From Gammaproteobacteria bacterium (GTDB taxonomy: Bacteria > Pseudomonadota > Gammaproteobacteria > UBA4575), in contig JBGCFN010000036.1 in NCBI GenBank assembly GCA_045106935.1, positions 2,678 through 66,677 on the forward strand: a stretch of 64,000 bases of DNA. Reading direction: 5' to 3'. Positions 18,277-28,823 of this stretch are shown here, in pieces. Position 1 is the first letter of the stretch, and every line of letters starts with the position of its first letter. The position numbers were made by a program, and so were the translations under genes. The notes under the pieces are model-generated. The model searched no databases and was not told where the DNA came from. It saw only the letters and a list, made by a program, of their open reading frames with translations.

Positions 18277-19008
18277 ATGGCAAGAATTATACTCATCATT
18301 GCCGCCCTGGTGTTGGCATTATTAATATTCAAATGGATTAAACACCAACCAGCAAACAAACGATGGCAATACGCCATGATCATTGTTGGCGTGGTATTAC
18401 TTGCCTTAGTCGCGACAGGCAAATTACCTTTATTATTCGCTTTAGTCGGTGCACTCATTCCAGCGTTTCAACGAATTATCAGCTTGATTGCATATTTACC
18501 CATGCTAAAAAGAATGGCTAACACCTTTGGTGTCAATCAACCCAGCCAAGGCCAGACCTCTCAAGTAGAAACACAATATCTACAGATGTCTCTGGACCAT
18601 GATTCAGGCAAATTGTCTGGCATAGTCAAGTCAGGATTATTGTCTGGTCGTAATCTGGATGATCTATCTATGGATGAACTCTTACAATTGCGTGAGTACT
18701 ATAAATTAAATGACGAAGACTCAAAATTATTACTAGAAAACTATCTTGACCGTGCTCATGGCAACCACTGGCGAAGCGGACAAGACGACACATCAAACAC
18801 AAACAACAGTACAAACAGTAATACGGATCTTACTGAACAAGACGCCTATGCTATTCTTGGCTTAACACCAGGTGCAGATAAAAAAGAGATCATTACTGCC
18901 CATAAACGTTTAATGCAGAAGCTGCATCCTGATCGAGGAGGCTCCAGTTACCTGGCTACTAAGATTAACCAAGCTAAAGATTTATTAATAAATCAACTCA
19001 GCAACTAA
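18277..19008 (+). CDS. Membrane-anchored J-domain (DnaJ-like) protein.
   Basis: Three N-terminal TM helices. C-terminal J domain AYAILGLTPGADKKEIITAHKRLMQKLHPDRGGSSYLATKINQAKDLL with the HPD motif. Confidence 0.8.
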   Translation: MARIILIIAALVLALLIFKWIKHQPANKRWQYAMIIVGVVLLALVATGKLPLLFALVGALIPAFQRIISLIAYLPMLKRMANTFGVNQPSQGQTSQVETQYLQMSLDHDSGKLSGIVKSGLLSGRNLDDLSMDELLQLREYYKLNDEDSKLLLENYLDRAHGNHWRSGQDDTSNTNNSTNSNTDLTEQDAYAILGLTPGADKKEIITAHKRLMQKLHPDRGGSSYLATKINQAKDLLINQLSN

Positions 19009-19012
19009 TTTC

Positions 19013-21277
19013 ATGAACTTTAAATTCTGGCAGAAAAAAAATAAGCGTAGCAAACGCGCAGATAGCGATGAGCCCGAGTATGAAGTTAAATCTTATTCCA
19101 AAGATGGTGGGTATATCCGCTCACCAAGCCGTGCAGGAAAAAATCAAAATAGTTCAACCTTTGGCGGCATGGGTGAACGTGAACTTCAACTACGTATGGA
19201 GTTGTTAGTTGATGAAGTACTGTCTACTCAAAATAGTGTTTTTGAACCTGCGCAAGCATTAGTTAGCTCAAGCCTGGCAGATCAAGAGCGTTTTCTTAAA
19301 TCGGTCGATGCGCTGTCTATCACTAATGCCATGCTAGCATTTAACTTTTGTCACTTTGCCCCGCCGAGTTTAAGAGTCATTGACGAAGAAGACTGGGACA
19401 CTTGGGTCACTCACCTACTAAACATATATCAACGCAAAGGAATAAATGATTGCGTCAACACAATGAAAAATGTTGATGACTATCTAGATTCAATTACTGC
19501 AGCACCCACCTCAGTTAGCTTTGATGAAATTAGTCGTATCGTTGAAAGTGTCATTACTGGTTTAAATGGCCGCGCATTGAAATTAGAACCCAGCGACCAA
19601 TTATTCACAGACACAGAAGTGATCCACCTTCCCGAAAATATTTCTGTGTTTAACAATCGTGAAGACAACTTTGCGCTCTATAAGTCCATCGCTGTTCATC
19701 AGTGGGCGCAAACATGGTACGGCACCTGGCGAGTCGATATACAACAGCTAGTCGAAAACTTTCCAGACAAACAAAAAGCGATTAACTTATTTCATAAGCT
19801 TGAAACCGTACGGCTAGATGCAAACATTACGCGTGAACTCCCAGGCATTGGGCGTGCAATTGAAAAATTCAATTCATTACTCGTCTCTAGTGATCTCTCT
19901 CAACCGTGGCAAAGTGCAATTAACACTCTGTCTTCTAAAGACGCAAGCGCACATGATACTGCGCGAATTGTGTACGAACTCTACGACCATGACTTTATTC
20001 CTGAGGATACCCTCTATCAAGGGGTGCTCAATCCAGCGTTGGCCAAGCAAGCCATGGATGAGCGTATTGAACAAGACAAGGACAATTTAAAACTGGCCTT
20101 AGATGAATTACAAAAAGAAGCCAGCAGCAATAATCAAGACATGCCAGTCGATGATGAGCAAGAAGGTAACCGTTTTGAAGTACGTGAAATTGAAGACGAT
20201 GAAACTCCCGATGGTTATCGTTTTGAGTTAGATCTCGATGGCGAATCCATCACACCACCAGATAATGTTCAAGAATTATTAGATTCAATTCAACAAGACT
20301 TAGGCGAAATACCTGATTCTTATTTGTCTCCTGTCGATGACAATGCCTACAGCACGGGCGACGGTGAAGAACATCAAGATGATATTAATATCCGTCTCGG
20401 TGAAGGCGAAGTTTTTCTCTATGACGAATGGGATCACTCGCGACAGAAATACCGCAAAGAATGGTGCCAGCTTCGCGAGATAGAAGTTGAAGGCAAACCT
20501 TCTGATTTTGTCGAACAAACACTAAATAAACACCGCAGCCTATTAAAACATCTTCATAAAACATTTGAAGCGCTACGTGATGAAGATCGGAGAGTACGTA
20601 AACAACCTTATGGTGAAGACATAGACTTAGATGCAGTGATTTCATCCTATGCAGACATGGTTAACGGCGAAGAAGTTAGCCAAAACCTTTTCATTAAACA
20701 ACGCAAAGTCGACCGTAATATCGCCGTGATGTTTATGGTGGATATGAGTGGCTCAACGTCAGGTTGGATCAACGACATGGAACGCGAAGCCTTAGTTTTA
20801 TTATGCGAATCACTTGAAATCTTAGGAGACCGCTATGCTATTTATGGATTTTCTGGCTTAACGCATCGCCGCTGTGACCTGTATAAGATAAAAGATTTTG
20901 AAGAAAGCTATTCGAGCACAGTCAAAAATCGAATTGCCAGCATCAAACCGCAAGACTACACACGCATGGGGGCTGCTATTCGCCACTTATCTAAATTACT
21001 CTCAGAGGTTGAAGCAAAAACCAAAGTATTAATCACTCTATCGGATGGTCGCCCTGATGATCAAGATGGTTATCGTGGCGCCTACGGAATAGAAGATACT
21101 AGACGCGCACTAATAGAAGCCAAGTTTTTAGGCATTCATCCATTTTGCATTACCATCGATGACGAAGCCATGGATTACTTACAACATATGTATGGCCCAG
21201 TGAATTTTACGATTGTTGATCAAGTCGACAAACTGCCTTATAAAGTCTCCGATATCTATCGCCACATCACCATGTAA
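19013..21277 (+). CDS. NorD/CbbO-family protein with a C-terminal VWA domain.
   Basis: 754 aa. C-terminal VWA with MIDAS VMFMVDMSGSTSG and LITLSDGRPDD. Long acidic central linker. CbbO/NorD-like N-terminal region. Confidence 0.7.
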   Translation: MNFKFWQKKNKRSKRADSDEPEYEVKSYSKDGGYIRSPSRAGKNQNSSTFGGMGERELQLRMELLVDEVLSTQNSVFEPAQALVSSSLADQERFLKSVDALSITNAMLAFNFCHFAPPSLRVIDEEDWDTWVTHLLNIYQRKGINDCVNTMKNVDDYLDSITAAPTSVSFDEISRIVESVITGLNGRALKLEPSDQLFTDTEVIHLPENISVFNNREDNFALYKSIAVHQWAQTWYGTWRVDIQQLVENFPDKQKAINLFHKLETVRLDANITRELPGIGRAIEKFNSLLVSSDLSQPWQSAINTLSSKDASAHDTARIVYELYDHDFIPEDTLYQGVLNPALAKQAMDERIEQDKDNLKLALDELQKEASSNNQDMPVDDEQEGNRFEVREIEDDETPDGYRFELDLDGESITPPDNVQELLDSIQQDLGEIPDSYLSPVDDNAYSTGDGEEHQDDINIRLGEGEVFLYDEWDHSRQKYRKEWCQLREIEVEGKPSDFVEQTLNKHRSLLKHLHKTFEALRDEDRRVRKQPYGEDIDLDAVISSYADMVNGEEVSQNLFIKQRKVDRNIAVMFMVDMSGSTSGWINDMEREALVLLCESLEILGDRYAIYGFSGLTHRRCDLYKIKDFEESYSSTVKNRIASIKPQDYTRMGAAIRHLSKLLSEVEAKTKVLITLSDGRPDDQDGYRGAYGIEDTRRALIEAKFLGIHPFCITIDDEAMDYLQHMYGPVNFTIVDQVDKLPYKVSDIYRHITM

Positions 21278-21291
21278 CACCAAACAAACTC

Positions 21292-22473
21292 ATGGACGAC
21301 TCAATTAAAAAAACACATAGTCAGCGCGTAGAAGCTGTGCAGACACCCATTATTCCGACTATTACCCAACTGGCACGCGAACACCCAGGTACAATTTCAC
21401 TTGGCCAAGGCGTTGCCTATTATGGCCCACCTCAACAAGCTTATGACGAAATACAAAAACAACTCACTCAGCCAAAGTTAAATGCTTACGGACCGGTTGA
21501 AGGAATTCCCGAACTGACTGAAGTATTAGCAAATAAGTTACAGTCAAGAAATAGCATTGATATCAATCAATACAATAAAGTGTTTGTAACGGCTGGCTCC
21601 AATATGGCATTCAGTTCATTAATGATGGCAATTGCAGACCCAGGCGATGAAATCATTTTACTCACGCCTTATTATTTCAACCATGAAATGGCAATACGCT
21701 TAGCCGATGCCACTCCTGTATTAGTTCCCACACAAGAAAATTATCACCCAGATATAGAACACATTACTAAGGCGATCACTCATAAGACACGCGCCATTGT
21801 TACTGTCTCACCCAACAACCCAACCGGTGCAGTCTACACAGAAGAAGAACTCACGCTTATCAATCAATTATGCGCGCAGCATGGCATTTACCATATTTCA
21901 GACGAAGCTTACGAAGATTTCCTCTACGAAGATCGAACACATTTTTCACCGGCCTCATTAAACAATGCTGAAGCGCATACGATCAGCTTATATTCACTAT
22001 CTAAAGCCTATGGATTTGCCGGGTGGCGAGTAGGTTACATGGTCATTCCTAGTATTTTGTTTGCTTCGTTAAGAAAGGTACAAGACACTGTACTTATTTC
22101 ACCGACCATAATTTCCCAATACGCAGCAATCGGTGCGCATAGAGCGCCCTACTCTTATATTGAAAATAATTTAGACGAAATCAAACAATCCAGACAAGCG
22201 TGCTTAACCCTCATCAACCAAACCAATCTACTAGACAGACCAGCTATCTCTGAAGGTGCTTTTTATTTATTTATAAAATTAAACACAAGCAAAAACGATT
22301 TCAGTATTGCCAAACAACTCATAGAAAAATATAGAGTCGCCACCATTCCAGGCAGCGCATTTGCAGCCGAAAATGGCGCCTATTTAAGAATCTCTTATGG
22401 CGCACTCACCAGCGCTACAGTCTCACAAGGCATAGAAAAATTAATCACTGGCTTACAAACATTACTCAACTAA
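21292..22473 (+). CDS. Class I/II PLP-dependent aminotransferase.
   Basis: SPNNPTGAVY and SLSKAYGFAGWRVGY (PLP lysine) motifs. Confidence 0.85.
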   Translation: MDDSIKKTHSQRVEAVQTPIIPTITQLAREHPGTISLGQGVAYYGPPQQAYDEIQKQLTQPKLNAYGPVEGIPELTEVLANKLQSRNSIDINQYNKVFVTAGSNMAFSSLMMAIADPGDEIILLTPYYFNHEMAIRLADATPVLVPTQENYHPDIEHITKAITHKTRAIVTVSPNNPTGAVYTEEELTLINQLCAQHGIYHISDEAYEDFLYEDRTHFSPASLNNAEAHTISLYSLSKAYGFAGWRVGYMVIPSILFASLRKVQDTVLISPTIISQYAAIGAHRAPYSYIENNLDEIKQSRQACLTLINQTNLLDRPAISEGAFYLFIKLNTSKNDFSIAKQLIEKYRVATIPGSAFAAENGAYLRISYGALTSATVSQGIEKLITGLQTLLN

Positions 22474-22620
22474 CGGACTATTAACTCATCTCCCACCTGT
22501 TAGATTAACCGTGATGCGCCTAATAAATACTAATGGTGTTTCTTTAAAATATAGTTATTTAATGTATATTTAACCCATACATAGATCCATTCAAATAAAG
22601 TGATCAGCCAAAAAGAAACC

Positions 22621-22842
22621 ATGACCATAGTAGAAATAACTTCCGAACCTGTCGAACTGTATAAAATTTTAAAGTTTGAAGGCATTGTCGCGAGTGGCGC
22701 TGAAGCCAAGTCAATCATTGCTGATGGGCAAGTGCTTGTTAACAATGAAATTGAAACCAGAAAACGTAAAAAAATCATCTCTGGAGATATTATTGAATTT
22801 GACGATATGAAAATGCAGGTGCAACTTAGCCAGCACGCCTAG
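22621..22842 (+). CDS. ybcJ: S4-domain RNA-binding protein YbcJ.
   Basis: LYKILKFEG...SGAEAKSIIADGQVLVNNEIETRKRKKIISGD closely parallels E. coli YbcJ. The start may instead be the GTG at 22600. Confidence 0.7.
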   Translation: MTIVEITSEPVELYKILKFEGIVASGAEAKSIIADGQVLVNNEIETRKRKKIISGDIIEFDDMKMQVQLSQHA

Positions 22843-22954
22843 GCTAGATTAATTCCCTGATTAAATCCCTTTCAACCAATTTATGTGTGCATTCTTTTAC
22901 GCAGTATTTGTGAAAATACATTATCATGAGCGTACTCTTTAATAGGAAAAAATT

Positions 22955-23944
22955 ATGGATCTCTTCGCTGATTTACTTTCTAGCCCTTTATTGTGGATAG
23001 CGTTAGTCATTATTTATACCTTAAAGAAAGGTATTCATTTCGTTCCCCAGAACCGTGGTTATGTCATCTATACCTTTGGAAAATATGACAAAACGCTCTC
23101 TTCTGGCCTGAATTTCATTATTCCTTTTGTTCAACGAGTGGCAGCGGACAGAAACTTAAAAGAGCAGGCCTTAGATATCTCCTCACAGTCTGCTATTACC
23201 AAAGATAATATCACCTTAAATATAGATGGCATTCTGTTCATGAAAGTCACCGATGCAGCAGCGGCAACGAATAATGTGACTGATTACAAAATGGCGGTCA
23301 CGCAACTTGCGATGACCACTATGCGTAACGCAATCGGCTCAATGGAACTCGATGAATGTTTTCAAAGCCGAGATGCGATTAACGCAACAATTCTAAATGC
23401 CATGACCGAAGCTACCCAGCCATGGGGTGTGATGGTCACACGTTATGAAATTAGAGATATTTCACCGCCTCAGTCTATTCGCGAAGACATGGAAAAGCAG
23501 ATGACTGCAGAGCGAGAAAAACGCTCGGTCATTCTTACTGCTGAAGGTGTAAAGACTGCGGCTATTACTGAAGCAGAAGGCTTAAAAGCGGCACGCGTGT
23601 TGGATGCTGAAGCGGCTAAAGCAGAGCAAGTTCTCGCGGCCGAAGCCGATAAAGAATCACAAATCTTACAAGCGATGGGTAAAGCCACGGCAATTCGCTT
23701 AGTCGCCGAAGCCGATGCCAGTGCTTTGAAAACAGTGGGTGACGTTGCGAATACTGACTCAGGCGAGTCAGCCATGACGTTACAACTTGGGCGTGAGGCG
23801 ATTGCTGCCCATCGTGCCATTGCTGCAGAAAGCACCGTCGTATTAAGTGACGGCAAGACCAGTGAGAATGTTGTGAATACAGTGGCTCAAGCGATTGCTG
23901 TCTCCAGTAGTCTGAAAATACCTGGCCAATCTGAAGGAGCTTAA
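22955..23944 (+). CDS. SPFH/band-7 (stomatin-like) protein.
   Basis: N-terminal TM, SPFH core, Ala/Glu-rich coiled-coil tail. Confidence 0.85.
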   Translation: MDLFADLLSSPLLWIALVIIYTLKKGIHFVPQNRGYVIYTFGKYDKTLSSGLNFIIPFVQRVAADRNLKEQALDISSQSAITKDNITLNIDGILFMKVTDAAAATNNVTDYKMAVTQLAMTTMRNAIGSMELDECFQSRDAINATILNAMTEATQPWGVMVTRYEIRDISPPQSIREDMEKQMTAEREKRSVILTAEGVKTAAITEAEGLKAARVLDAEAAKAEQVLAAEADKESQILQAMGKATAIRLVAEADASALKTVGDVANTDSGESAMTLQLGREAIAAHRAIAAESTVVLSDGKTSENVVNTVAQAIAVSSSLKIPGQSEGA

Positions 23945-23946
23945 CC

Positions 23947-24423
23947 ATGGATATCATGCAATACATTGCTGATCATCATGATCACTTCTTTTATTTAATA
24001 GCTGGAATTAGCTTTATTGTCGAGCTCACTATTATTGGTTTTGGTGGCCCTTTACTATTTTTTGCCATTGCGAGTTTTATTACTGGTCTGCTAATTAGTA
24101 TAGGCGCCATTTCTGGTTGGGAAGCTGAAATTTTTGCGCTAGGCATACTTACCGCACTCACCACCCTACTACTTTGGAAGCCTTTGAAAAAATTTCAAAA
24201 TTCAGGTGGTGGCGCCGACACAAGTAGCGACATGATAGGTAGAGAAGTCCCCGCCAGTAGTGATATTGATGCCAACACTGGCACTATTCGTTACTCGGGC
24301 ATTGATTGGAATAGTCGTTTAGATAATCGTGCAGGTGTTGAGTCTATTGCCAATGGCGAGCAGTGTGTGATTACGTCGGTGGATGGGAACATCATGATTG
24401 TTAAACCAGTTACACAACATTAA
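23947..24423 (+). CDS. NfeD-family membrane protein.
   Basis: Three TM helices plus a C-terminal OB-like segment. Lies 2 nt after the SPFH gene, its classic partner. Confidence 0.75.
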   Translation: MDIMQYIADHHDHFFYLIAGISFIVELTIIGFGGPLLFFAIASFITGLLISIGAISGWEAEIFALGILTALTTLLLWKPLKKFQNSGGGADTSSDMIGREVPASSDIDANTGTIRYSGIDWNSRLDNRAGVESIANGEQCVITSVDGNIMIVKPVTQH

Positions 24424-24455
24424 CGTTCAATATATACATTACTTTAAGGGTTCAC

Positions 24456-24716
24456 TTGAAAATAGACATCTACAACAGCGCAGTCAAAGGCGACAAATTT
24501 CTCTCTGTCCCTAAGGGGACGAAAATAAGCGAGTTGGCATTACCAGAATCTGTGGATCAAGACCTACTGACACTGTCGCCGTTTAGGACGCGTTTGGAGA
24601 TTGACGCCAGCAAAAAACACCCCGCTCTAGACCATAAAGATGTACTTAGCCAAATCAAAAAAAACGGATATGCCATTCATGGCACAACATTATTACTAAA
24701 AGTAGGAGAATCTTAG
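24456..24716 (+). CDS. Hypothetical protein, possibly YcgL-like.
   Basis: TTG start. Loose YcgL pattern (IY.S..KGD.FL.V.K ... D..V...I...GY). Weak assignment. Confidence 0.4.
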   Translation: MKIDIYNSAVKGDKFLSVPKGTKISELALPESVDQDLLTLSPFRTRLEIDASKKHPALDHKDVLSQIKKNGYAIHGTTLLLKVGES

Positions 24717-24870
24717 CAACAATCCGCGATAAAACTGCATTTTAAGCCATATATGACCGATTAAAATGTGTATATGCCCTTACCTTCAGTTACACTCACG
24801 CTTGTCGATTTATTTACGCAACTTTTGCGTGACGACAAACAAAATTTAATCCATAAAGGAACGATAGAAA

Positions 24871-25077
24871 ATGAGTAAAGGTACAGTTAAGTGGTTCAAC
24901 GCAGACAAAGGTTTTGGCTTTATCACTCCAGAAGAAGGTGGCAAAGATCTTTTCGTACACCACTCTGAAATCAAAAACGGTGGCGGATACGCAACGTTAA
25001 ATGATGGACAAACAGTTGAGTTTGAAGTGGGCGAAGGCCAGAAAGGCCCATGTGCTAATAATGTCGTTCCTGTTTAA
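24871..25077 (+). CDS. cspA: Cold-shock protein (CspA family).
   Basis: [16 protein letters not shown] (RNP-1) and DLFVHHSEI (RNP-2). Long 5' leader. Confidence 0.95.
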   Translation: MSKGTVKWFNADKGFGFITPEEGGKDLFVHHSEIKNGGGYATLNDGQTVEFEVGEGQKGPCANNVVPV

Positions 25078-25133
25078 GCATAATTAATGCGATGTGTGAG
25101 TAACTCGGCGCCAGCCCAGTTACTCACACTCAC

Positions 25134-25631
25134 TTAATCTATGTCGAGGCCTACGTGTAATTGAATATTCCTTTCTTGAATCTCTTTACGCATTTGACAA
25201 CGCATCTTCCCAGCCTGAAATAATTTTTCTTCTGTCTCTGAGGCCAGATTCAATCTTGGCACGCTCTGAGATTTCCCATTTTCATCCACTGAAATCATTG
25301 TGAAATAACACGATATTGCATGGTATTTTTGTTTCTCACGAATTCTCTCGCCTTCTACTTTTATACCAATTTCCATTGAACTACGGCCAACATAATTCAC
25401 ATTACATTTAAAAGTAACTAAATCGCCCACAGTAATTGGGTTCTTGAACACCACTTGATCAAGCGAGGCAGTCACCACGTAGGTCTGACAATAACGAGAT
25501 GCACAAGAAAAAGCCGCTTCGTCCAATAGCTTCAAAATTGAACCACCATGGACTTTTCCAGAAAAATTGGCCATTTCTGGGGTCATTAGGCGTGTCATAA
25601 ACAGCATTTTCTCTTGTTTCAGTGAATCCAC
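25134..25631 (-). CDS. Acyl-CoA thioesterase (hotdog fold, YciA-like).
   Basis: VHGGSILKLLDEAAFSCASRY ... typical YciA/4HBT layout. Confidence 0.8.
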   Translation of the reverse strand: MDSLKQEKMLFMTRLMTPEMANFSGKVHGGSILKLLDEAAFSCASRYCQTYVVTASLDQVVFKNPITVGDLVTFKCNVNYVGRSSMEIGIKVEGERIREKQKYHAISCYFTMISVDENGKSQSVPRLNLASETEEKLFQAGKMRCQMRKEIQERNIQLHVGLDID

Positions 25632-25864
25632 TTATATTCTCCTTAATATGTCCTCGTCATCCCTTATATACGAGAGTTTTGATCTTTAATATTCTTTTAT
25701 TTCAATAGGTTATAGCGCTATCCTATAATTATATGGCACAATTGCATGGTAATCCAAGCTCGCCAACAGTCCATTTTAATCACTTCTCATGGAACTCATT
25801 GAGAGTTTTTTATCAAAATAGAGACTTAAATACGCTATTTACATGAACATTTGTATACAATAAA

Positions 25865-28012
25865 TTGAAATATAATAATAAACCTTCTGAATTATTCACC
25901 TTATTCCAAGTCAAATATATCGTGCACAAAAAAATTATCAGCTTAATCTCTGCCTTTCTATTGCTTACTCTATCATTTAGCAGTGTTGGCATTGAAAACT
26001 CGACACTTTCACCTACTGTGGATCATTTGCGTGCAACGAAAATCATTACTGATTTTTTAGGCCGCTACCATTATAGAAAGGTTGATTTGAATGATGAATT
26101 TTCAGTCACTATTTACAATAATTTTTTAGACTCGCTAGATTCAAGCAAAAGCTATTTCTTAGCTACCGATATTGCACGTTTTGATAAATACAGATTTACC
26201 TTAGACGATGCCCTACGCGCAAATAATTTACTCCCCGCCTACTCAATTTTCTCTACTTACCAAAAAAGAGTCAATGAGCGCATCGAGTATGCATTACTAC
26301 TAATTGAAAAAGAATTTGATTTTTCTAAAGACGAAACTTTTGTCATTGAACGAGAAAATGCTAAATGGCCGATCACTATCGAACAACAAAATGATCTATG
26401 GCGTAAACGCATTAAAAATGATGTGTTGTCATTATTGCTCGCAGACAAAGAGAAAGATGAAATCAAAAAGACGTTAGTCAAACGCTACAGCAGTGTTTTA
26501 AAACGCACTCAACAATTAGACGAGAATGATATTTTCCAACTTTATATCAACTCTTACGCTACAGCGATTGACCCACATACGAGTTATTTATCACCTCGCA
26601 CATTTGATAATTTTGAGATTCGCATGAGCCTTTCGCTTGAAGGTATTGGCGCGTTACTTCGTTCAGATGGAGATAACACTGTGGTGGAACGCATTATCCC
26701 AGGCGGCCCAGCGGACTTAAGCGAGTTATTACACGCCAAAGATAAAATTATTGGTATATCGCAACAAAACGAAAAAGAATTTACCGATGTTGTTGGCTGG
26801 CGCTTAGAAGAAGTGGTTGAACTGATTCGTGGGCCCAAAGACACTATTGTCAAATTACAAATTCTACCCGGAAGCAAAGGTGATGGTGCTGCCGTTGAAG
26901 AAATTTCTATCACTCGTAATAAAATCAAACTAGAGGAACAAGCGGCGACTAAAGATATTCTAGAAATTCCTCATGATAATAAAACTGAAAAGATAGGCAT
27001 TGTGACCATCCCTACTTTTTACCTAGACTTCAATGCATTCCAGAACGGTGAAGAAGACTATCGTAGTACGACTCGAGACGTACACAAGCTACTTGGTGAG
27101 TTGCTCGATGATAATATAGATAGCTTAGTCTTAGACTTGCGCTCAAATGGTGGCGGGTCATTAATTGAAGCCACGCAATTAGCAGGTCTATTTATAGACA
27201 AAGGCCCGATTGTTCAAGTACGAGACTCTAGTGGCCATATTGAAATCCATAAAGACAAAGATGCTAGCATTTCTTACACAGGTCCAATGGTTGTCCTCGT
27301 TGATAGATTCAGCGCATCCGCCTCAGAGATTGTTGCGAGTGCTTTACAAGATTATGGCCGTGCTGTGATTGTGGGTGAAACTACTTTTGGGAAAGGCTCG
27401 GTACAACAGCTGGTCGACTTAAATCGTTTTGGGCGCAAGAATGATGCTAATTTAGGTCAATTAAAAGCCACCATTGCCCAGTATTACAGAATTAACGGTG
27501 AGAGTACTCAACACCGAGGTGTTGAACCTGATATTCCCTTTGAAGCTTCTTATGACAAATCTGAACAAGGCGAACGCAGTTTAGACAATGCATTACCGTG
27601 GACAAAAATTTCACCGACACAATTCGATAACCGTCATATCTCGAAAAAAATTGTTGAGAACCTTGAAAAACAACATGTCATTCGCACCAAGGATGACAAA
27701 AAATATCAATCATTAATCAAGCTATACGATTTAAATGAAAGCTTACAGAATCAGACCGAGCTATCACTTAATCAAAATAAACGAGAAAAAACATTTACCC
27801 AGTTCGAAAACGATCGAAAAGAATATGAACTGTTAATTGGCTTAAGAGATACAGACAGTGAAGACAGTGAAGAGGCAACAAGTGATGATAGCCAAACTGA
27901 AGACAGCGATGATATTGAAAATGATATCTTACTGATTGAAGCAGCACAGATATCGGCAGATCTAAATAGTTACTGGAACCGTGCTAAACAACGCATGGTT
28001 GTTCAGCAATAA
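25865..28012 (+). CDS. prc: Tail-specific (C-terminal processing) protease, S41 family.
   Basis: PDZ region, LDLRSNGGGSL, catalytic FSASASEIVASAL, TFGKGSVQ. The start is uncertain (TTG 25865 or GTG 25922). Confidence 0.9.
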   Translation: MKYNNKPSELFTLFQVKYIVHKKIISLISAFLLLTLSFSSVGIENSTLSPTVDHLRATKIITDFLGRYHYRKVDLNDEFSVTIYNNFLDSLDSSKSYFLATDIARFDKYRFTLDDALRANNLLPAYSIFSTYQKRVNERIEYALLLIEKEFDFSKDETFVIERENAKWPITIEQQNDLWRKRIKNDVLSLLLADKEKDEIKKTLVKRYSSVLKRTQQLDENDIFQLYINSYATAIDPHTSYLSPRTFDNFEIRMSLSLEGIGALLRSDGDNTVVERIIPGGPADLSELLHAKDKIIGISQQNEKEFTDVVGWRLEEVVELIRGPKDTIVKLQILPGSKGDGAAVEEISITRNKIKLEEQAATKDILEIPHDNKTEKIGIVTIPTFYLDFNAFQNGEEDYRSTTRDVHKLLGELLDDNIDSLVLDLRSNGGGSLIEATQLAGLFIDKGPIVQVRDSSGHIEIHKDKDASISYTGPMVVLVDRFSASASEIVASALQDYGRAVIVGETTFGKGSVQQLVDLNRFGRKNDANLGQLKATIAQYYRINGESTQHRGVEPDIPFEASYDKSEQGERSLDNALPWTKISPTQFDNRHISKKIVENLEKQHVIRTKDDKKYQSLIKLYDLNESLQNQTELSLNQNKREKTFTQFENDRKEYELLIGLRDTDSEDSEEATSDDSQTEDSDDIENDILLIEAAQISADLNSYWNRAKQRMVVQQ

Positions 28013-28016
28013 GCCA

Positions 28017-28820
28017 TCACACAATTGATAGCAACATCTTCACGCCTAGCACTAACAAAAAGACTGCAAACACTTTCTTAAGCACGGGTATTGGTAATTT
28101 ATGCGCCAAACGTGCGCCCAATGGGGCGGTAAAGTAACTTACTAATGAGATCAGTATCACGGCTGGCAAATAAATAAAGCCAAACAAATACGTTTGCTGA
28201 TAGTCACTTCCCCAGCCATTGATTAAGTAACCTAAAGTCCCAGCTATTGCGATAGGAAAACCGACTGCCGCAGACGTGCCAATTGCTTTTTTTAGCGAGA
28301 TATTATGCCAGGCTAAAAATGGCACAGTTAAACTACCACCGCCAATCGCTACCACAGCAGAAATCGCTCCAATCCCTCCACCTGCTGCCAACAATCCTAT
28401 TTTGCCTGGGATAGTACGAGATGCCTTTGGTTGACTATTCAAGAACATTTGAATGGACACATAGGTCATAAATATTGCAAAAAATATAGCTAGGTAGCGA
28501 GCACTAACGAGTGTCACAAAATACGTGGCTGCAAATGTTCCGATCAGCACGCCAGGCGCCATGGCTTTTACCACCTGCCACACAACCCCTTGATGTTTTT
28601 GGTGTGCATATAAACTAGATGCAGAAGTCATTATGATAGACGCCATTGATGTGCCTAACGCCAAATGCACAACAGATTCTATCGGGACGTTCTTATATAG
28701 AAAATACGATGTCAGTACCGGCACCATAATGCCACCACCACCTACACCTAGGAGACCTGCAAAAAAACCAACAACGGCTCCCAGCAACAAAAATATAACA
28801 ATGCTATCGAGCCCAATCAC
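28017..28820 (-). CDS. TauE/SafE (TSUP) family anion exporter.
   Basis: About 8 TM helices, Gly-rich LLGVGGGGIMVP repeats in both halves. Confidence 0.8.
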   Translation of the reverse strand: MIGLDSIVIFLLLGAVVGFFAGLLGVGGGGIMVPVLTSYFLYKNVPIESVVHLALGTSMASIIMTSASSLYAHQKHQGVVWQVVKAMAPGVLIGTFAATYFVTLVSARYLAIFFAIFMTYVSIQMFLNSQPKASRTIPGKIGLLAAGGGIGAISAVVAIGGGSLTVPFLAWHNISLKKAIGTSAAVGFPIAIAGTLGYLINGWGSDYQQTYLFGFIYLPAVILISLVSYFTAPLGARLAHKLPIPVLKKVFAVFLLVLGVKMLLSIV

Positions 28821-28823
28821 AGG

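Noticed and set aside
19013-21277. Calling the 754-aa protein the Rubisco activase subunit CbbO.
   Set aside because: Only family-level resemblance (NorD/CbbO) can be supported. There is no cbbQ, Rubisco or carboxysome gene in the window, so a Rubisco-specific role is not justified.
23470-23966. Two antisense ORFs (128 and 116 aa) inside the SPFH gene.
   Set aside because: These are typical shadow ORFs opposite an Ala/Glu-rich coiled-coil coding region. They are low complexity and have no RBS.
25734-25746. TGGCACaaTTGCA, which looks like a sigma54 promoter upstream of prc.
   Set aside because: The GG-to-GC spacing is 7 nt instead of 10, so it cannot be a functional -24/-12 element. A sigma70-like TTCAAT-N17-TATAAT (25701-25729) is a more plausible promoter.
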